A DNA stretch of 64,000 nt from the human T2T-CHM13v2.0 reference genome, Homo sapiens (GCF_009914755.1 NC_060926.1), one strand, 5' to 3'. Numbered from the stretch's first letter, positions 1-17,942 are shown. Notes: generated by a model from the sequence alone, not told the origin. Numbers and translations are program-made.

Positions 1-245
1 ACAGGAATGGTTCCACTGGATTAATCCTATTAATTATGGGTGGAAAGCCTACCATGTAAAATTGGATTATGATCATTTTTATTAAAAATGAGAATAAATT
101 GAAGAATGAAGCAGCAATTTCAGAATTAGGTCATGGAGGAATCTAATGTTTTCCCTTGGGGGGTGAGGAGGAGTAGCCTGGTCAGGGCTGGAAGCCACAG
201 GAGAGGAGCCCTTCTTAGAGGTCAGGTCAGTCCTTCCTGGGTCTT

Positions 246-947
<702 letters not shown>

Positions 948-2139
948 GTCTTCCATTGTCACCTGGGTAGACAGTGGGCAGAACAGTGCCTATAGCAGAA
1001 CAGGCACTCAGGGAAGGTTAGCAGTTTTATGCCTAATTTCTTTTTAATTTCCTATATATTTTCACAAAATGATAATGACTCCAGCTAATTAGTCTAAAGG
1101 TTGACAAGGGAGTTTGAAGGTCATTTTTTTCTTGACTATTCAAGATATGATATCACTTTTGCCACAGCCATTTCTGTATGGAGTCGCCTTCAGACTGAAC
1201 GTACTTAAGTAATCATTTTGTTTGCCGTATGTTGATAAAATTTGAATAGTGTTTTTCACTCCATATTTTAAGCAAAGCAGAGGTTCCATTTAGAGCCAAT
1301 GATGCCTCGTGAGAGGTTTCTCATGCCTTCCAAGCCCACAGCCTTCAATCTGTTCTCATGAAGAATTTACGGACCCAGGTGGTACTTCATGAATGGGAAC
1401 TCGGGTGGCTGCAAAGGAATCTCTTATAGATTTGGCGAGGCAACTTACACAATCTAAGTGAATTTTGTTCCTATATTAGTGAGTGAGTTCTCATGAGATC
1501 TGATGGCTTTTATTAGGGATAATAACAGGCATTCCTTTTGTTGGAAGAAAAGAGAGTTGTCAAGGTTCAACAAAAAGGACACATTTTTACTTATGCTTTC
1601 TGGAATTCTTTAACAGGGATCCAGCAACCACCAGTGTGCTGTGCCGGCATTCAGGCACATCCGGGGTTTGCAGAAAATGCTGCAGTAGATGATGAGTGTG
1701 CACATTTGTGCTTGGGACAGTCCTGGGAGTTGAGGTGGGTGACAGGGGTTGGATGTCCCTGAGTAGGGATGCCAGGAAGCTGGGTGCCTGAAGGAAGGTT
1801 GATGGACTCCGAACCCTGTGTCCTTCTCACCACGTTTCCCTGCCTCCTGCTTCACAAAATAGAGGCAGTTAATCAAAATGTGTAACTCTTTTTACCAAGT
1901 TAAATTATATTTTCATTTGGATTTTGATGTCAATGATGACTTAGTATCTGACTGATCTGTAATTGCCCCTGGGGCCATTATTTCAGTCTTGCTGCTCTAT
2001 CTGTTTTCCCAGCCACTTTTGTAAGCACTAAGTAAAGGGAAATTGCAAAAGTGACTGCTTTTTGAAAAATGCCTTAAGAATCATTTTGGAAGTTTGAAAA
2101 ACCAAACTTGGTTTCTTTCACAAATCTTTATTGGGGTTT

Positions 2140-2492
2140 CTTAAATCATATACCCATAATTAATGTGATTAATAAAAAACTAATCATAATAATTAGCAAT
2201 TACCTATAATTAATTACAGTAGAACTTATGTTAATGTGGCATATGCATTAACATTGTATATTATATATAACACATATTATGCATTAATAGTATATATAAT
2301 ATGAATACATATGACACATGATATATACAATATATTAATATACAATTGTTAATCATACAGAGAATATACTAATATAACGTTAATATAGAGCATATCAACA
2401 TACTACCAATATTACATAAATTGTAATGATAAAATTATAATTATAAATAATGATTAATAATGACCAATAATATGGCTAATAACTAATTATTA
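2140..2492. repeat. AT-rich low-complexity tract
   Basis: Almost all A/T, with (TA)n and (TAA)n-like runs. Confidence 0.85.
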
Positions 2493-3468
2493 AGTTGGTG
2501 CAATAACATGGCACCCTTTTTTTGAAAAGTCTAATGGAACTTGCCATCTGATTTCTTACACCTTCTCAGAATCCTTGTGAAGTTGCTGGCTGGGGATGGG
2601 AATAGTTACAGTGCGGAAACTGAAGCACAAAGATTTATATCCAGGCAAAAAGTTATTCAGGGATGAATCTAGGGCACGGAGTAGACAAAACAGACCTGCA
2701 AGCCTGCGTCTCAGCCTTCAGAGGTGCAGGGAGGGTGAGGCAGTCCAGCATGTGCCTTTCCCATGCCCGCAGCTCCACTCCTTAGGCTACAACCAACGTG
2801 GCCTGTCTGGCCGTTCCTGGGTGGTCTCTCTCACTGGCACTGGCTATTCTCATACCTTCTTAGAGTGAAAACGACTTCACCATTTACTTTGAACACCAAT
2901 TGCTAGATTTTTCCAACACTTAATGCCTTGCTTTTTATAATCCATTTGAGGATTACATGAATTCCTTCTCCTGCCCCACCACACACATCCCGGGCTGAAT
3001 AGCTTTTGGTTTGCATTCCTGATGCAAGTGCTCAGAGCTGGTGTTCTCCACGTTTTCTTTGGACTAAGAAAGCTTATACATGAAGAATTTTTCTTCTGCC
3101 TGGCTAAAACCTGCTGAAATGGTGCAAATCAGATGTCACGGATTTGTTTTAAACAGCAGCATTTAATGAAAACCAAAACAAATTAATAAAACTACAGAAA
3201 ACAGAAATACTGACAGGCTTATCAATAATGGCAAGTAGTACCCTCTGCTAGAACAAAATACTCATTTCAAATCACGAACACTTACAAAATTTTAGAAGGC
3301 AAAGTATTTATTTTTGACTCATGGATTCAATGAGTACTGAGTGGAGGAAACTGGAAGGTGGAAGTGCAATAAAAGATATTTATTTGCAAGTGTGCATGTG
3401 TGTGCGGTGGGGGGTGTTGGGGGACAGATGAGGCATAGAAAGGGGAGACTAAAGCGAGGCTATTTATG

Positions 3469-4034
<566 letters not shown>

Positions 4035-4373
4035 GGCTATTTAAGTTTGAATCAGAATAATACATAAATCAAACCCACTCATTTGTAATTACTTTGTAAC
4101 TTCAGATTGATTGGGTTATTCAGAAAAAAACAAATCCATATGTGGAAAATCAGAAAACCAGAAAACTTAAGTAACCCGAGTAGATTAAACCTAGAAACAG
4201 ATTTTCAGATGAACAGCCCCCCCGGGCGATAATGAGATATATATTTAAAAATATATAGATATGTTTTTTATATCTAGCTATATATGTTTATGTAGAAAGA
4301 TGCTGTATTATACATAGATATATATTTTTAAAAATATACCTCACAATGATGATAAAAGCAGATATCTGTTTGC

Positions 4374-4420
4374 GTGTATACATATATATATATATATAGA
4401 GAGAGAGACAGAGAGGGAGA
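4374..4420. repeat. (TA)n(GA)n microsatellite
   Basis: Seen directly in the sequence. Confidence 0.9.
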
Positions 4421-5019
4421 ACAGCTATAAAATTAGCTCCTGTTTGTGGGAGGTTTTTTTTAACTTCTGTAAAACTGCAAACATGAGCAGCATTGCTCCC
4501 TTTAGTGGAGACTCTGCCTTGCCCTCTTTCTTTAAGGGAAGCTTAATTGAATGGAAAAGCTGTCCTTTGTGCCTGGAGATAACAAATTTGGGTCCTGGTC
4601 AGTTGCCAGGGAAGCCGAGAAAGCCAGTGTTTGGGATCAGGGAGGAGCCTCCAGGACCGAGGTCCCCCCGTAGCTGAACTGAGGCCCAGCAGGAGAGGCC
4701 TCAGCACGAGAGCCTCAGGCAGACACATTGTGGCCCCGTGTGCAGCACCGCACAGTTCGAAAAGGGCTGCATTCTGTTGAAGCGAAGATGCTTTTAACCC
4801 ATGAACTCACAGGCCTGCTTGGCTGTGCAGCGGGCACTCAGGTCTGGACACAGGATTTCCTAGTTACCAACTGAATGCTGAGGTTCACACAGGACCTAGG
4901 ATTTGCTGAAGACCTTGAGCCCGCGGGGGGACACAGCCTGGAGCAGACAGCCCTGCTGCCATGGGGTGAAGGCAGGGTGGAGAGACAGTGTGGCCTGCAC
5001 CCATATTCTGCCTGTGCCA

Positions 5020-5150
5020 GTCACTGCGTGTCAGGCAAGTCTCATTTCCTGCCCGGGAAATGGGGAACAGGATGGCATCCACCTCAGCAGGTGTGTGGGC
5101 AGTGGAATGTGTTCACATGTGCAATATGCTCCAAGCAGCGCCTGGCCACT
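5020..5150 (+). mobile_element. MIR fragment
   Basis: Degenerate core GGCAAGTC...CATTTCCT...GAAATGGGG. Confidence 0.55.
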
Positions 5151-5390
5151 GCTATGTGCCACGAGCGTTTCCCTGTCACCGTGATGTGATCTTTGCTGGC
5201 GTAATCGGGCTCATGTGAACTTCAGCCCATGGGCTCCATAGCATGTCCTGAGAAAACACCAAAGTCTGCATTTTAAAGAAGATAGGACACTTGTTGAATT
5301 AATTAGGCTATGGAAAATGTAATGTATAGCTGATAGTCAAGCCATTCTATAATAGATGAGTCTAAACATCTTTTAGGCTTCCCTTTACAG

Positions 5391-6160
5391 CAGGGGTCCC
5401 CAACCCCCCAGGCCACTGTCTGGTAGTGGTCCATGGCCTGTTAGGAACCAGTCCACTCAGCAGGAGGTGAGTGGCATGTGAGTGTGAGAGAGTGAAGTTT
5501 CATCTCTATTTACAGATGCTCCCCATTGCTCGTATTACTGTCTGAGCTCTGCCTCCTGTCAGATCAGCGGCTGCATTAGATTCTCGTACGAGTGTGAACC
5601 TGTATTAGTCCACTCTCATGCTGCCATTAAAGAGATACCCGAGACTGGGTAATTTATAAAGGAAAGGGGTTTAGCTGACTGGCAGTTCAGCATGGCTGAG
5701 GAGGCCTCAGGAAACTTACAATCATAAGGGAAGGGGAAGCAAACATGTCCTTCTTCACATGGTGGCAGCAAGGAGAAGTGCCAAAGGGGGAAAAGCCCCT
5801 TATAAAACCATCAGATCTCATGAGAACTCACTCACAATCATGAGAACAGCATGAGGGTAAACACCCCCATGATTAAATCACCTTTCACCAGGTCCCTCCC
5901 ATGTCACATGGGTATTATGGGAATTACATTTCAACTACAAATGAGATTTGGGTGGGGACACAGCCAAACCATATCAGAGCCCTACTGTGAACCCGTGTGT
6001 GTGAGGGATCTAGGTTGTGTGCTCCTTATGAGAATCTAATGACTGATGATCTGAGGTAGAACTGTTTCATCCTGAAACCATCTCGCCCCCAACCCCTGCC
6101 CATGGAAAAATCGTCTTTCACAAAACCGGTCCCTGGTGCCAAAAAGGTTGGGGACAGCTG
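5391..6160 (+). mobile_element. MER1B (hAT-Charlie non-autonomous DNA transposon), interrupted by THE1C
   Basis: TIRs CAGGGGTCCCCAACC ... GGTTGGGGACAGCTG. Degenerate 8-bp TSD CTTTACAG / CTCTGCAG. Confidence 0.9.
5601..5976 (-). mobile_element. THE1C-type MaLR solo LTR nested in MER1B
   Basis: TGTATTAGTC...CCAAACCATATCA termini. TSD GAACC / GAGCC. Confidence 0.9.
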
Positions 6161-6576
6161 CTCTGCAGAGTATTCATTTTCACTTCTTAAAATCCTTAAA
6201 ATGTATTTACTAATAAAAAAGCAACAAAGGCTTATTTCATTTTCTTAGACTCTTATGCAGTCAGGGATGATGTCAGCACATCAGAACTCAAAGCCTGTGT
6301 CTTGGGATCACAGGGACCTGGTGCAACTACAACCGGGCTCACACCTGTGCTGTTCACATGGCTTTAGACACATGGCTTCACTCCCCTGAACTTCACTCTA
6401 CCACCTGGAAACTTGAGAGCCCAGTGCTTATTTTGGAAAACTCTTCTAGAATTGGAGGTAGCATGTGTGAGGTTCCTCATAAACAGTATTTCATACCTCT
6501 GTTACTATTATAGTGGTGAGGGACCAGGTGGCTGAAATCATACCTGTTGGTATCTCTTTGAAATAAAGGTGAATTC

Positions 6577-6980
6577 ATATTAGTTTCCTTGGGGTGTTGC
6601 AGCAAAGTACTGCACACTGGGGGCTTAAATGACAACAATCTACTCTCTCACAGTTCTGGAGACTGGAAGTCTGAGATCAAGGCGTCAGCAGGGTGGGCTC
6701 CTTCTGAGTGAGGGCTGTCGGGGAGAAGCTGTTCCAGGGCCCTCTCCCTGGCCTGGGGATGGTTGTCTTTATGTTTCTATGGTTCTGTTAGGGTGTGTGT
6801 CCAAATTCCCACTTTTTATAAGCACATCAGTCATATCGGATTAGCACCTCCCTAAGCACCACATTTCAACTTGGTTACCTCTGCAAAGGCCCTGCCTCCA
6901 AATAAGGTCACGTTTGGAGGCTCTGCTAGGTGAGGACATCAGTATTGGAATTTTGTGGGAACTCAACTCAACCGATTACA
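6577..6980 (-). mobile_element. MLT1B/C-type MaLR LTR
   Basis: Motifs CTCACAGTTCTGGAGACTGGAAGTCTGAGATCAAGG and CCAAATAAGGTCAC. Confidence 0.85.
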
Positions 6981-7118
6981 ATTCTATTATGCATTTCTGA
7001 CATCAGAGCTGGTTAAGAATATTCTTTTAGGCCTTCAGAAGTCCTTACACTTTTAGCCTAATATATAACCTCATTTATATTTATAAGAACCTACTGAGCC
7101 TGTAGAAGGCCCAGTAAG

Positions 7119-7304
7119 CTTTTTTCTTCCTTCCCTTCCCTTCCTTCCTCCTTCCCTCCCTCTCTGCCCCCCTCTCTTCCTCCTCCTCCTCTCATCTCCT
7201 TCTTCCTTCCCTCCCTCCCTGCCTCCCTCTTTTCCTTCTCCTCTCCTTCCCTTCCCTCCCCTCCCCTCCCCTCTCTTCTCTTTCTTCTTTTTTTTCTTTC
7301 TTTC
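7119..7304. repeat. Polypyrimidine (CCTT/CCCT)n low-complexity tract
   Basis: Seen directly. It is the source of the spurious G/R/E/K-rich ORFs. Confidence 0.9.
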
Positions 7305-7639
7305 GTGATTATACACTCGTAACAAAGAATGTGAGTACACAAGGCAGTCTTCCCACTTCGTAGAGTTGAATCTTCTCTGTGGTAAGACAATGTGCGCTGA
7401 TGCAGTTCTAATAGTTAATATAAATAGGGATAAAAGTTTGACCCTGGCTACTCATTGAACAAATAAAAATTAAGCCAGTAGGGATAGCATTTCTCATGTA
7501 TAATATTGATAAATATAAAAATAATCATTTCCTGTGTAGGAAAGTGAGCACTCCCTTTTACTTGGGTAGGCCTAGGTGTTGATGCGGTTTTTCTGAAGGA
7601 CAATTTGGCCCTCAGATGTGTTTGTAATACATCTGCAAA

Positions 7640-8080
7640 CGCCATGATTAGACACTATCCAAAGGAAATAATTAACATTTAAAGGCAAAACTTTTAATTT
7701 TAGATGTTAATAATATTCGAAATGGGGGATTTTCTAAGTAATGATATGGAGATGATTAAATAAATATGGCCCACCTATACACTGAAATACTATCCAACCA
7801 TTTCAAAATTTTATAGGTGAATATTTATTGACATGGAATGTTGTTCACAAAGTTGTAAGTTTCAAAAGGTAAAATGGGTTATAAAATATTATATTACGAT
7901 TCCATTTTGGTAAGAACATGTACATGTGAACATAAAATTCTGTCTGGAAAAATATATACTGAGGTGCCAACAGAGGGTGTATCTGGTATTGTGAGCATTT
8001 TTGTTTAACTCTCTTTTTGCTTGCCTCTTATTTTTTCTTTAGTGAGAATGTGGGGTTTTTTTTATATACATAAAAAAGAT
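7640..8080 (+). mobile_element. Old L1 (L1MC/ME) 3' fragment
   Basis: Degenerate motifs TTAAATAAATATGG...GAAATACTAT...ATTGACATGGAA. Confidence 0.55.
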
Positions 8081-10296
8081 TTATCACTATGTAACCCCCT
8101 TCCACCTTCAACCACTTTTCTCTAGGTCTGAAGCCTCAGCTGCAGTGGAGATTGTCATTTGCCCACTTATTGCCAGGAACCAGAGTTTATGTACTGTTTG
8201 TTGCTTTCATGCTGAAAGTTACCCTCCAAAGCTGTTTTCTTAACATTTCTAGATTCTATATAAATCAAAGAATTATGCTTTGAAGCTTGTGGGCTGGTAT
8301 GTGGGTGGCCTTGAGATGTCGATGATGGGGTGGTCGCCCCTAGGAAGTCAGAGGATGTAAGCATTTGACCATATTCATGTTTTATTCTTTTAAGAAAATG
8401 CTACTTAAGTTGATAAGCATATTTCCTCAGCAGAGAGAGACTGCCAGATAAGAGAGTGCTCTGAAGTGGCTGGGGAATACCATAACCTTGTAAATCTGAT
8501 TTAACTGAATAGACATTGAAAGCATTAAACAAACAGAATACTCTCTATTGGAGCTTTGCCTGAATAAAAGAGTGTAAGAAGTATTGAGTTTGTGGTACTC
8601 AATAGAACTATTATTTGTGATTAAATGCCAGATTAAATGACTGGAGAGCAGCCAACTGCCAGGTTGTAAATACACGAAGATCAGGGCAGCAGCCACCTCC
8701 CCTCTTATCACCCACTGCTTCATTCAGCTCCACCTGAGTGTCTGCGTCCTTCCTTCCCGCAATTTCTCACTTCTGTAGATGCAAACAGCCAGTCTCCTCT
8801 ATCCAATACCTTGAGAGCAACTATACTATACTCAGAATGCTTCTTTTAAAAGATTAAAGAGTTCATAAATCTGCAAAGTTGTACCTTTTTGCCTCCTATT
8901 TATCTAATTTGCTGATCACATTATGTGACTTTAAGGAGCATGTCTAGCTCAGTGGTCCATTGTTAGCAGAAACAAAGCAGGGACCCAATGTTAGGGACAT
9001 ATTTCTTTTTATAACTCTAGGAAAAGCACACACGAATCTTGCATTCAGAAAAAATAATTTGTAGAGCACAGACAATGCTATTCTACACACGTTGGTCTTT
9101 TGCTAGAAACTCAAATATTCTGCCACTCCCTTTTATCCATGATAAATGACGAGCATCAGAGTAGCATAAGTAAGAAGTAACATTTATAGAGAGCTTTATA
9201 GTTTATAAAATATATTTAATCTATGTTCTCTGCTTTAATATCAATCTTTGTTCTGTCACCTATCACTAAGTTTTCCCATTTTACTTCTGGAAAAAAATAG
9301 GAGATATACTGCTAGAGATATTATCCAAAATTAATTTTCAGCTTTCCAGCTTCTGGAACTTTATAACCCTAGTTCTCAAAACTTGCTGGCTCTCGCTTTA
9401 TGGTCTAGAGAACCAAGGTAAAATGGTCAAACATCTCAAGGGTTAGCCTTGATTTTAAGATTTCAAAATCTATATTCTAAATGATCTCAGTGGCAGGAGT
9501 TTCACATGAGGAATGCTGAAACCAAATGGGAAAGATGGTCTTCATAAAGGTAGGCAAGTCGTATTTACAAATTGAATTGGGAACATAGCTTTCGACAGAA
9601 ATTTTAAAATGATAATTGTAGTTGCCCTCATGCTATTTGTTTTAGCTCTTAAAATTTCCCAGTAACTGCGTTTATTTATTCTTTAGGTTATAATGAGAGA
9701 GCTCAGCTCAGCCGAAGTGGCAATCACACTGGAGAACCCTGGGATGGAGAACACTGCGTGTCTCAGATGCCCTGGGATGGTGGGAGGAGGTTAGACAGGC
9801 CCATTATACATATGTTACTTCATGGTGTTGAAAAATCTCATCAGGAGACTCCACAGAAATACTGAACTGCCTAGAAGATAAGAGAGGCCTCTGGGGTCTT
9901 CCACATATGAAACCCCTTGTTAATGACAACCGCTTGGTGATTAATAAAAAAGTTTTAACTCCCCTCAATAAGAAAAATATTATCATTACTTAACAAAAAC
10001 ATTGGGGAACAACTTCCCTTGAGCCAAATATATAAGTTCCGGAACAGGAGAGATCTGTATCTTACGAAGATCAAGTGCCCAGCTAGCTTTACATTCTTCT
10101 CTTTATTGAATAAAGCAAAAACTTTATTTCTGAACTAAGATATAACCTGGAATTGGCCACACATTTTCCTAGAAAGTCTCCATTTCTCTAAAATGCCAAT
10201 ATCCAATTGTTTTATACTTCAAATGTAATTTGCTGTCTAAATATGCTTATGTGGTTTACCTCTTTATTGTCCAATGTGCCTGTTTTCATGTAATGC

Positions 10297-13557
<3,261 letters not shown>

Positions 13558-15109
13558 GAGTAATGATTCACAAATTACAAAATATTTTGTAATTTTTCTA
13601 TAAATATATATTCTTGTTTATATTGACTGTGATTTATTTCAAAATAAGTCCATTGTAAAAGCTATCATGATATGCACTGAGTTTACCATCTTGAAATACA
13701 ATGGTATAAATAAAAGTTCATTATAGGTCTATATTCTAAATATTTTTGCAGATGTCATGAAATCTGGCACAGAGAAAGGAGTTAGAGGAGACACATTTGT
13801 GCCCCTGGAAGTGACTGTTCACAGAGCTACAGGATTTGGCTGTCTTGTGAGACCGCCTGGGCATGCAGGATTCTCGCCTTAGCAAGGTTCGTTGCTGGTG
13901 ACGGTGGGAAGTACCAGATGGAAGAGCCAGGAGGGAGTTAGTTTGGCAATCTAAAGTTTCCCGTGTCACTTGAGAGGAAGAGAGAGAGTGACTGTTAGTG
14001 ACGCCCCCAACAATGAATTTTCAGCTCTATGTTTCCTGGGATTTTATATCTGTTTTTATCAAAAACTGTGGACTCTCACAGGGGCCCAGCCCACACCCCC
14101 ATGTGCTTTCTGATGGGCATCTGCACATATTCTAAATGCATGATGACAAAATCACAACCTGGACGGTGTGGAAACAAGCCACCCTGCTGGAGGCTTCTGT
14201 CACTTTCTGCAGGGTCCCAACATGACACGCAGACTAGGATCTACAGTCCCCAAATTGAGCAAAGATAAACTCACTTTAGCAAATCTCAATCTCTATCCAC
14301 AAGGGCAAAAGGGCCCTTTTAGATTACACATTGCTGTGTTATAAAATACAAAACGGGAGGAAATCAACAGCAAGAAGGAGCGCAAATGAGCAGACGAGAA
14401 GGGCAGCATCGATGTGATTGAGTTTCCAGCCCAAGATGGCCACTGGTTTTAGTTTAAGTGCTGTGTAGCAATAGAGGAGGAAAACCACGGTCGCGTTTGT
14501 TAATGCCAGGTGGCAGTGTCAGATGGTCTCGAAAGAGGGACACAGAGCCGACACATTGCGGTTTTATGGACTTGTCTTTGTTCTCTAAAACTGGGCACAA
14601 GTTGGTTCTGATGAGCATTTTGGATGACCTGGTTCTTCCCAGAAGTCAGCTCCAGTGAACTCATCCTTTCCTGTCTTTCTCTTGGTTTGGCTTTTAAGCA
14701 AACCTGTCTTCCAGCTGCATCATGTTTCCAATGCTTAGGGCATCCTTTTGCTGCCCCCGTTTAAGTCTGCAACTCTAAAGCCACCTCGCTCCCTGCACAG
14801 AGAGCCCTACTTAGGCAATGCCACGTCCCCAGTGCCAGGACAGGAGCTGCATGTCCTGCTTGGAAAGGCCGGACCCTTAAGCCGTGAGTGCTTTGTCCTC
14901 CTCGAGGCACCCACCTTTCTGATTTTGTTGGCTAGTATCTCATTCTCATGTGAACACAGTGTACAGTAATGGGTGGTATACATTGGACACATTCTATTTG
15001 CCAGGAGTCTTGCAAATCTGATCTCATTTAGACTAGATTCAAATCCCTTTTCTGCCATTGCTAATGGTATGCACCTAGGGAAGTTAATAAGCCTGTCCTT
15101 CAGTACGGG

Positions 15110-15775
15110 CTTGGATTAAGGTGGGCTAACAGGAGACTCAAAATATGTAATGGCTCAAACCCAACAGAAGTGTCTTTCTTGCTCACCCGTCTGTCAGTCA
15201 TCCAGGAGCCTAAGCTGATGAAAGTTCTGCCCATGTCAGCATGTGGCTTTCCGGTTTTGCTCTGGGGTCCTTTTCCTTCCACATTTCTAGGAGGATGCTT
15301 GAGTGTGATGGAGGAGATTGCTTGAGTGTGATGGAGGAGGATGCTTGAGTGTGATGGAGGAGGATGCTTGAGTGTGATGGAGGAGGATGCTTGAGTGTGA
15401 TGGAGGAGGATGCTTGAGTGTGATGGAGGAGGATGCTTGACTGTGATGGAGGAGGATGCTTGAGTGTGATGGAGGAGGTTGCTTGAGTGTGATGGAGGAG
15501 GATGCTTGAGTGTGATGGAGGAGGATGCTTGAGTGTGATGGAGGAGGATGCTTGAGTGTGATGGAGGAGGATGCTTGAGTGTGATGGAGGAGGTTGCTGG
15601 GCTATTCTTACAGGCCAGGTCTGCAAGATACACGCCACTGCCATTCACACTCTGCTGGCTCTCAATCAGTCACGTGGCTCTTCTGGCATACAGGGAGTCT
15701 GGGGATAGATTCTACCCATATACCCAGAATAAAAAGATAGTGCAGTCCTGTGGAACAACTAGACATCTCTAACCA
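15110..15775 (-). mobile_element. Old MaLR LTR (MLT1K/L-like) hosting the 23-bp minisatellite
   Basis: Motifs AATGGCTCAAAC...CAGAAGTGTCTTTCTTGCTCAC and CAGTCACGTGGCTC...CAGGGAGTCTGGGGA. Confidence 0.55.
15290..15598. repeat. Minisatellite, 23-bp unit GCTTGAGTGTGATGGAGGAGGAT x ~13.4
   Basis: GCTT recurs every 23 bp from 15297 to 15573. Only a few units are variant. Confidence 0.97.
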
Positions 15776-15904
15776 TGCTATGGATTTGTTATGGAGAATA
15801 AATGAACCAAATAGTGCAATGCTTACAAAACTGTCTGGTGAACAGTAAGCATTCTATGAGCATTAGCTACCTGTGTTTATTATTATTAGAAATAACTCAA
15901 TGTG

Positions 15905-16020
15905 TGAAGATTACAAGTCTGTTTTAGAAGATGAGGAAACAGAGGCTCTGGCTAAGGTTGAGTAGTGGCTAGGAGCTGAATTTGGGATTGAACCCAAGTT
16001 TGCTAAAGCCCATGATTTTT
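15905..16020 (-). mobile_element. MIR fragment
   Basis: TTTTAGAAGATGAGGAAACAGAGGCTC...GGGATTGAACCCAAG. Confidence 0.7.
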
Positions 16021-17587
16021 TTTTCACTGTTTTGGGATCGATACTATGTTTGCTGTGAAATCCACTGTTTTCGAGTCCTAGACCATAAAGGCAAAAAAAA
16101 AAAAAAAAATTAGCTAAATTCTTCACTGATGTTGTGAAGAGCAAATCTCCTCAAAGCATTTTTATTTACTTTCCTAACAAAAGGAGAAGATACTCACTTT
16201 TGTAAAAACTAAAGCAGTTTAAAAATCGATTGTCTCTTAGAAAGCTTAAAATCACTTGCCATGTTTTTAACGTGCTTAGCACAGTCCCTTGCATGTAGTG
16301 AGTTCTCAAAGCCATTTGTCTCTATTCTTGCCATTTTGTAATTTACGATGTACTGACATAAAGCGTATAAAAAATAAATGTTAGGAAATTTTTCCCAAAG
16401 GCAGTGAACACTTTCAATGAACCATAACATATACCTTTTCCTTCTGCACACCGCCAGTCAGTGTGTGAGCTCCATCTCCACGCCCCCTTGCTATTTGCCT
16501 TATCACCTTAGTGAGCGCACTCATCCCATTTCCGGGTGGAATGCAAACAGTAGATACAATGTATGGCATTGAGTGAGTTCCTCCCAGTCTGCCTACTAGG
16601 CTTTTCTCCATATTCGAGTTTTTACCTAAGCCTTCTAAAGGAACAACTGTCTTCATTGCATTTTACATATGTGTTATCACATCAAGTTCTTGGGAGATAT
16701 TTTTGATGACGAGGAAACGTGTGTTGCTGTGACTGAGGTTGACAACTGTGTAAAAGCACATTTCCTTTGTCTTTTAGACGCATCATGTTTTAAAAGCTGT
16801 CTGTTTCACAGCAGTGTTTTTTTCTTGTCATGGGGAGCACAGGGAAATGCTGGCATTGATTTTTAAGACATTCCAGAGTTCCTGGAAGGTCTGTTGTGTC
16901 TGAGGGTCCCGGCTGCCCAGCGAGCAAGGAGAAGCTGCTGCCCACTCGTGGGGCCCCAGGCTCCACCAACACCACTCAGAAGCTCTGGTTGGCACCTTCA
17001 TTTGTAGCACGTTACCCTGGAGTTGGAGGAGGGCCCAGTGTCTGGGATGCCACACTGTGGCTGGGATTACTGGGGGTCACAGATTGACATCAGCAACTGG
17101 GTTTATCTCAGTAAATTACATTTATACACAACTATTTCTATTAGGTGTGATCATAAATTATGGGCCTGCCTAGAAATCATCCGTTTATTTTCTAGAGTTA
17201 GTTTTAAGAAAATATGAGTCATTGCTGCTGAAGGTGAGAGTTAACTGGGTAATTATTTTGGTTTTAATTTCTGCCAAAGGAACAAAACAGATGCAGATGA
17301 AGTCCCTGGAGAGTTACAAATTCCCATAATCCATTTATTTTACTAAACCTTCAAAAACATAAAGGGTCATTACAGAAAAAGTGGCCCACCCTCTTCCACT
17401 TCAGATGGAAACAAACACACAAAACAATGCTTCCGTAAGAACATTTTGTGTAGATGATAACAGTGCCCACATGTTGGTCAAGTGTGTGCATGTTTTTATT
17501 CAACATTTACATGAATCTTCTGAGATAGGCAAGGCAGGTCTCCATTGGAGAGTTTGAGGCTAAAAGAAATAAAGTGAGGAGATTGTG

Positions 17588-17942
17588 TGTCTTAGTCTGT
17601 GTGGGCTACTGTAACAAACTACTGTAAACGGAGTGACTTATAAAGAACAGAAATTCATTTCTCACAGTTCTGGAGGTTGGAAATCCAAGATTGGGGTGCC
17701 AGCATGGTCGGCTTCTGCGGAGGGCCTCCTTCCAGGTTGCAGACGGCTCCGACTGCTTGTGTCCACACATGGTGGACGTGTGAATAAGCTTCCTTGGGCC
17801 CCTTTTTCAAGAGCACTAATCCCCTCATGAGGGCCCCACCCTCATGGCCTCATCGCCACCCCAAGGCCCCACCTCCTAACACCATCACCTGGGAGGTGAG
17901 GATTTTGACACATGGATTTGGGAACACACTCAGCCCATGGTG
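17588..17942 (-). mobile_element. MLT1A/MLT1A0 MaLR LTR
   Basis: TGTCTTAGTC start, with ATTTCTCACAGTTCTGGAGG, GCACTAATCCC and CCCCACCTCCTAACACCATCAC. Confidence 0.88.

Larger units (their letters stand above)
15035..15885 (+). mobile_element. MIR split by an MLT1K-like LTR (MIR parts ~15035-15100 and ~15776-15885)
   Basis: TTCAAATCCC...GGGAAGTTA on the left and GAGAATAAATGA...CAGTAAGCATTC on the right. Confidence 0.55.

Noticed and set aside
9687-9779. Possible internal exon (TTCTTTAG| ... |GTGGGA); similar candidates at 13751, 27259-27475, 30464 and 37623
   Set aside because: Only splice-like signals are present. There is no recognisable protein or consistent reading-frame chain, and such sites are expected by chance in 64 kb.
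15100-15648. 182-aa and 144-aa His/Ser/Pro-rich ORFs
   Set aside because: They are translations of the 23-bp VNTR.
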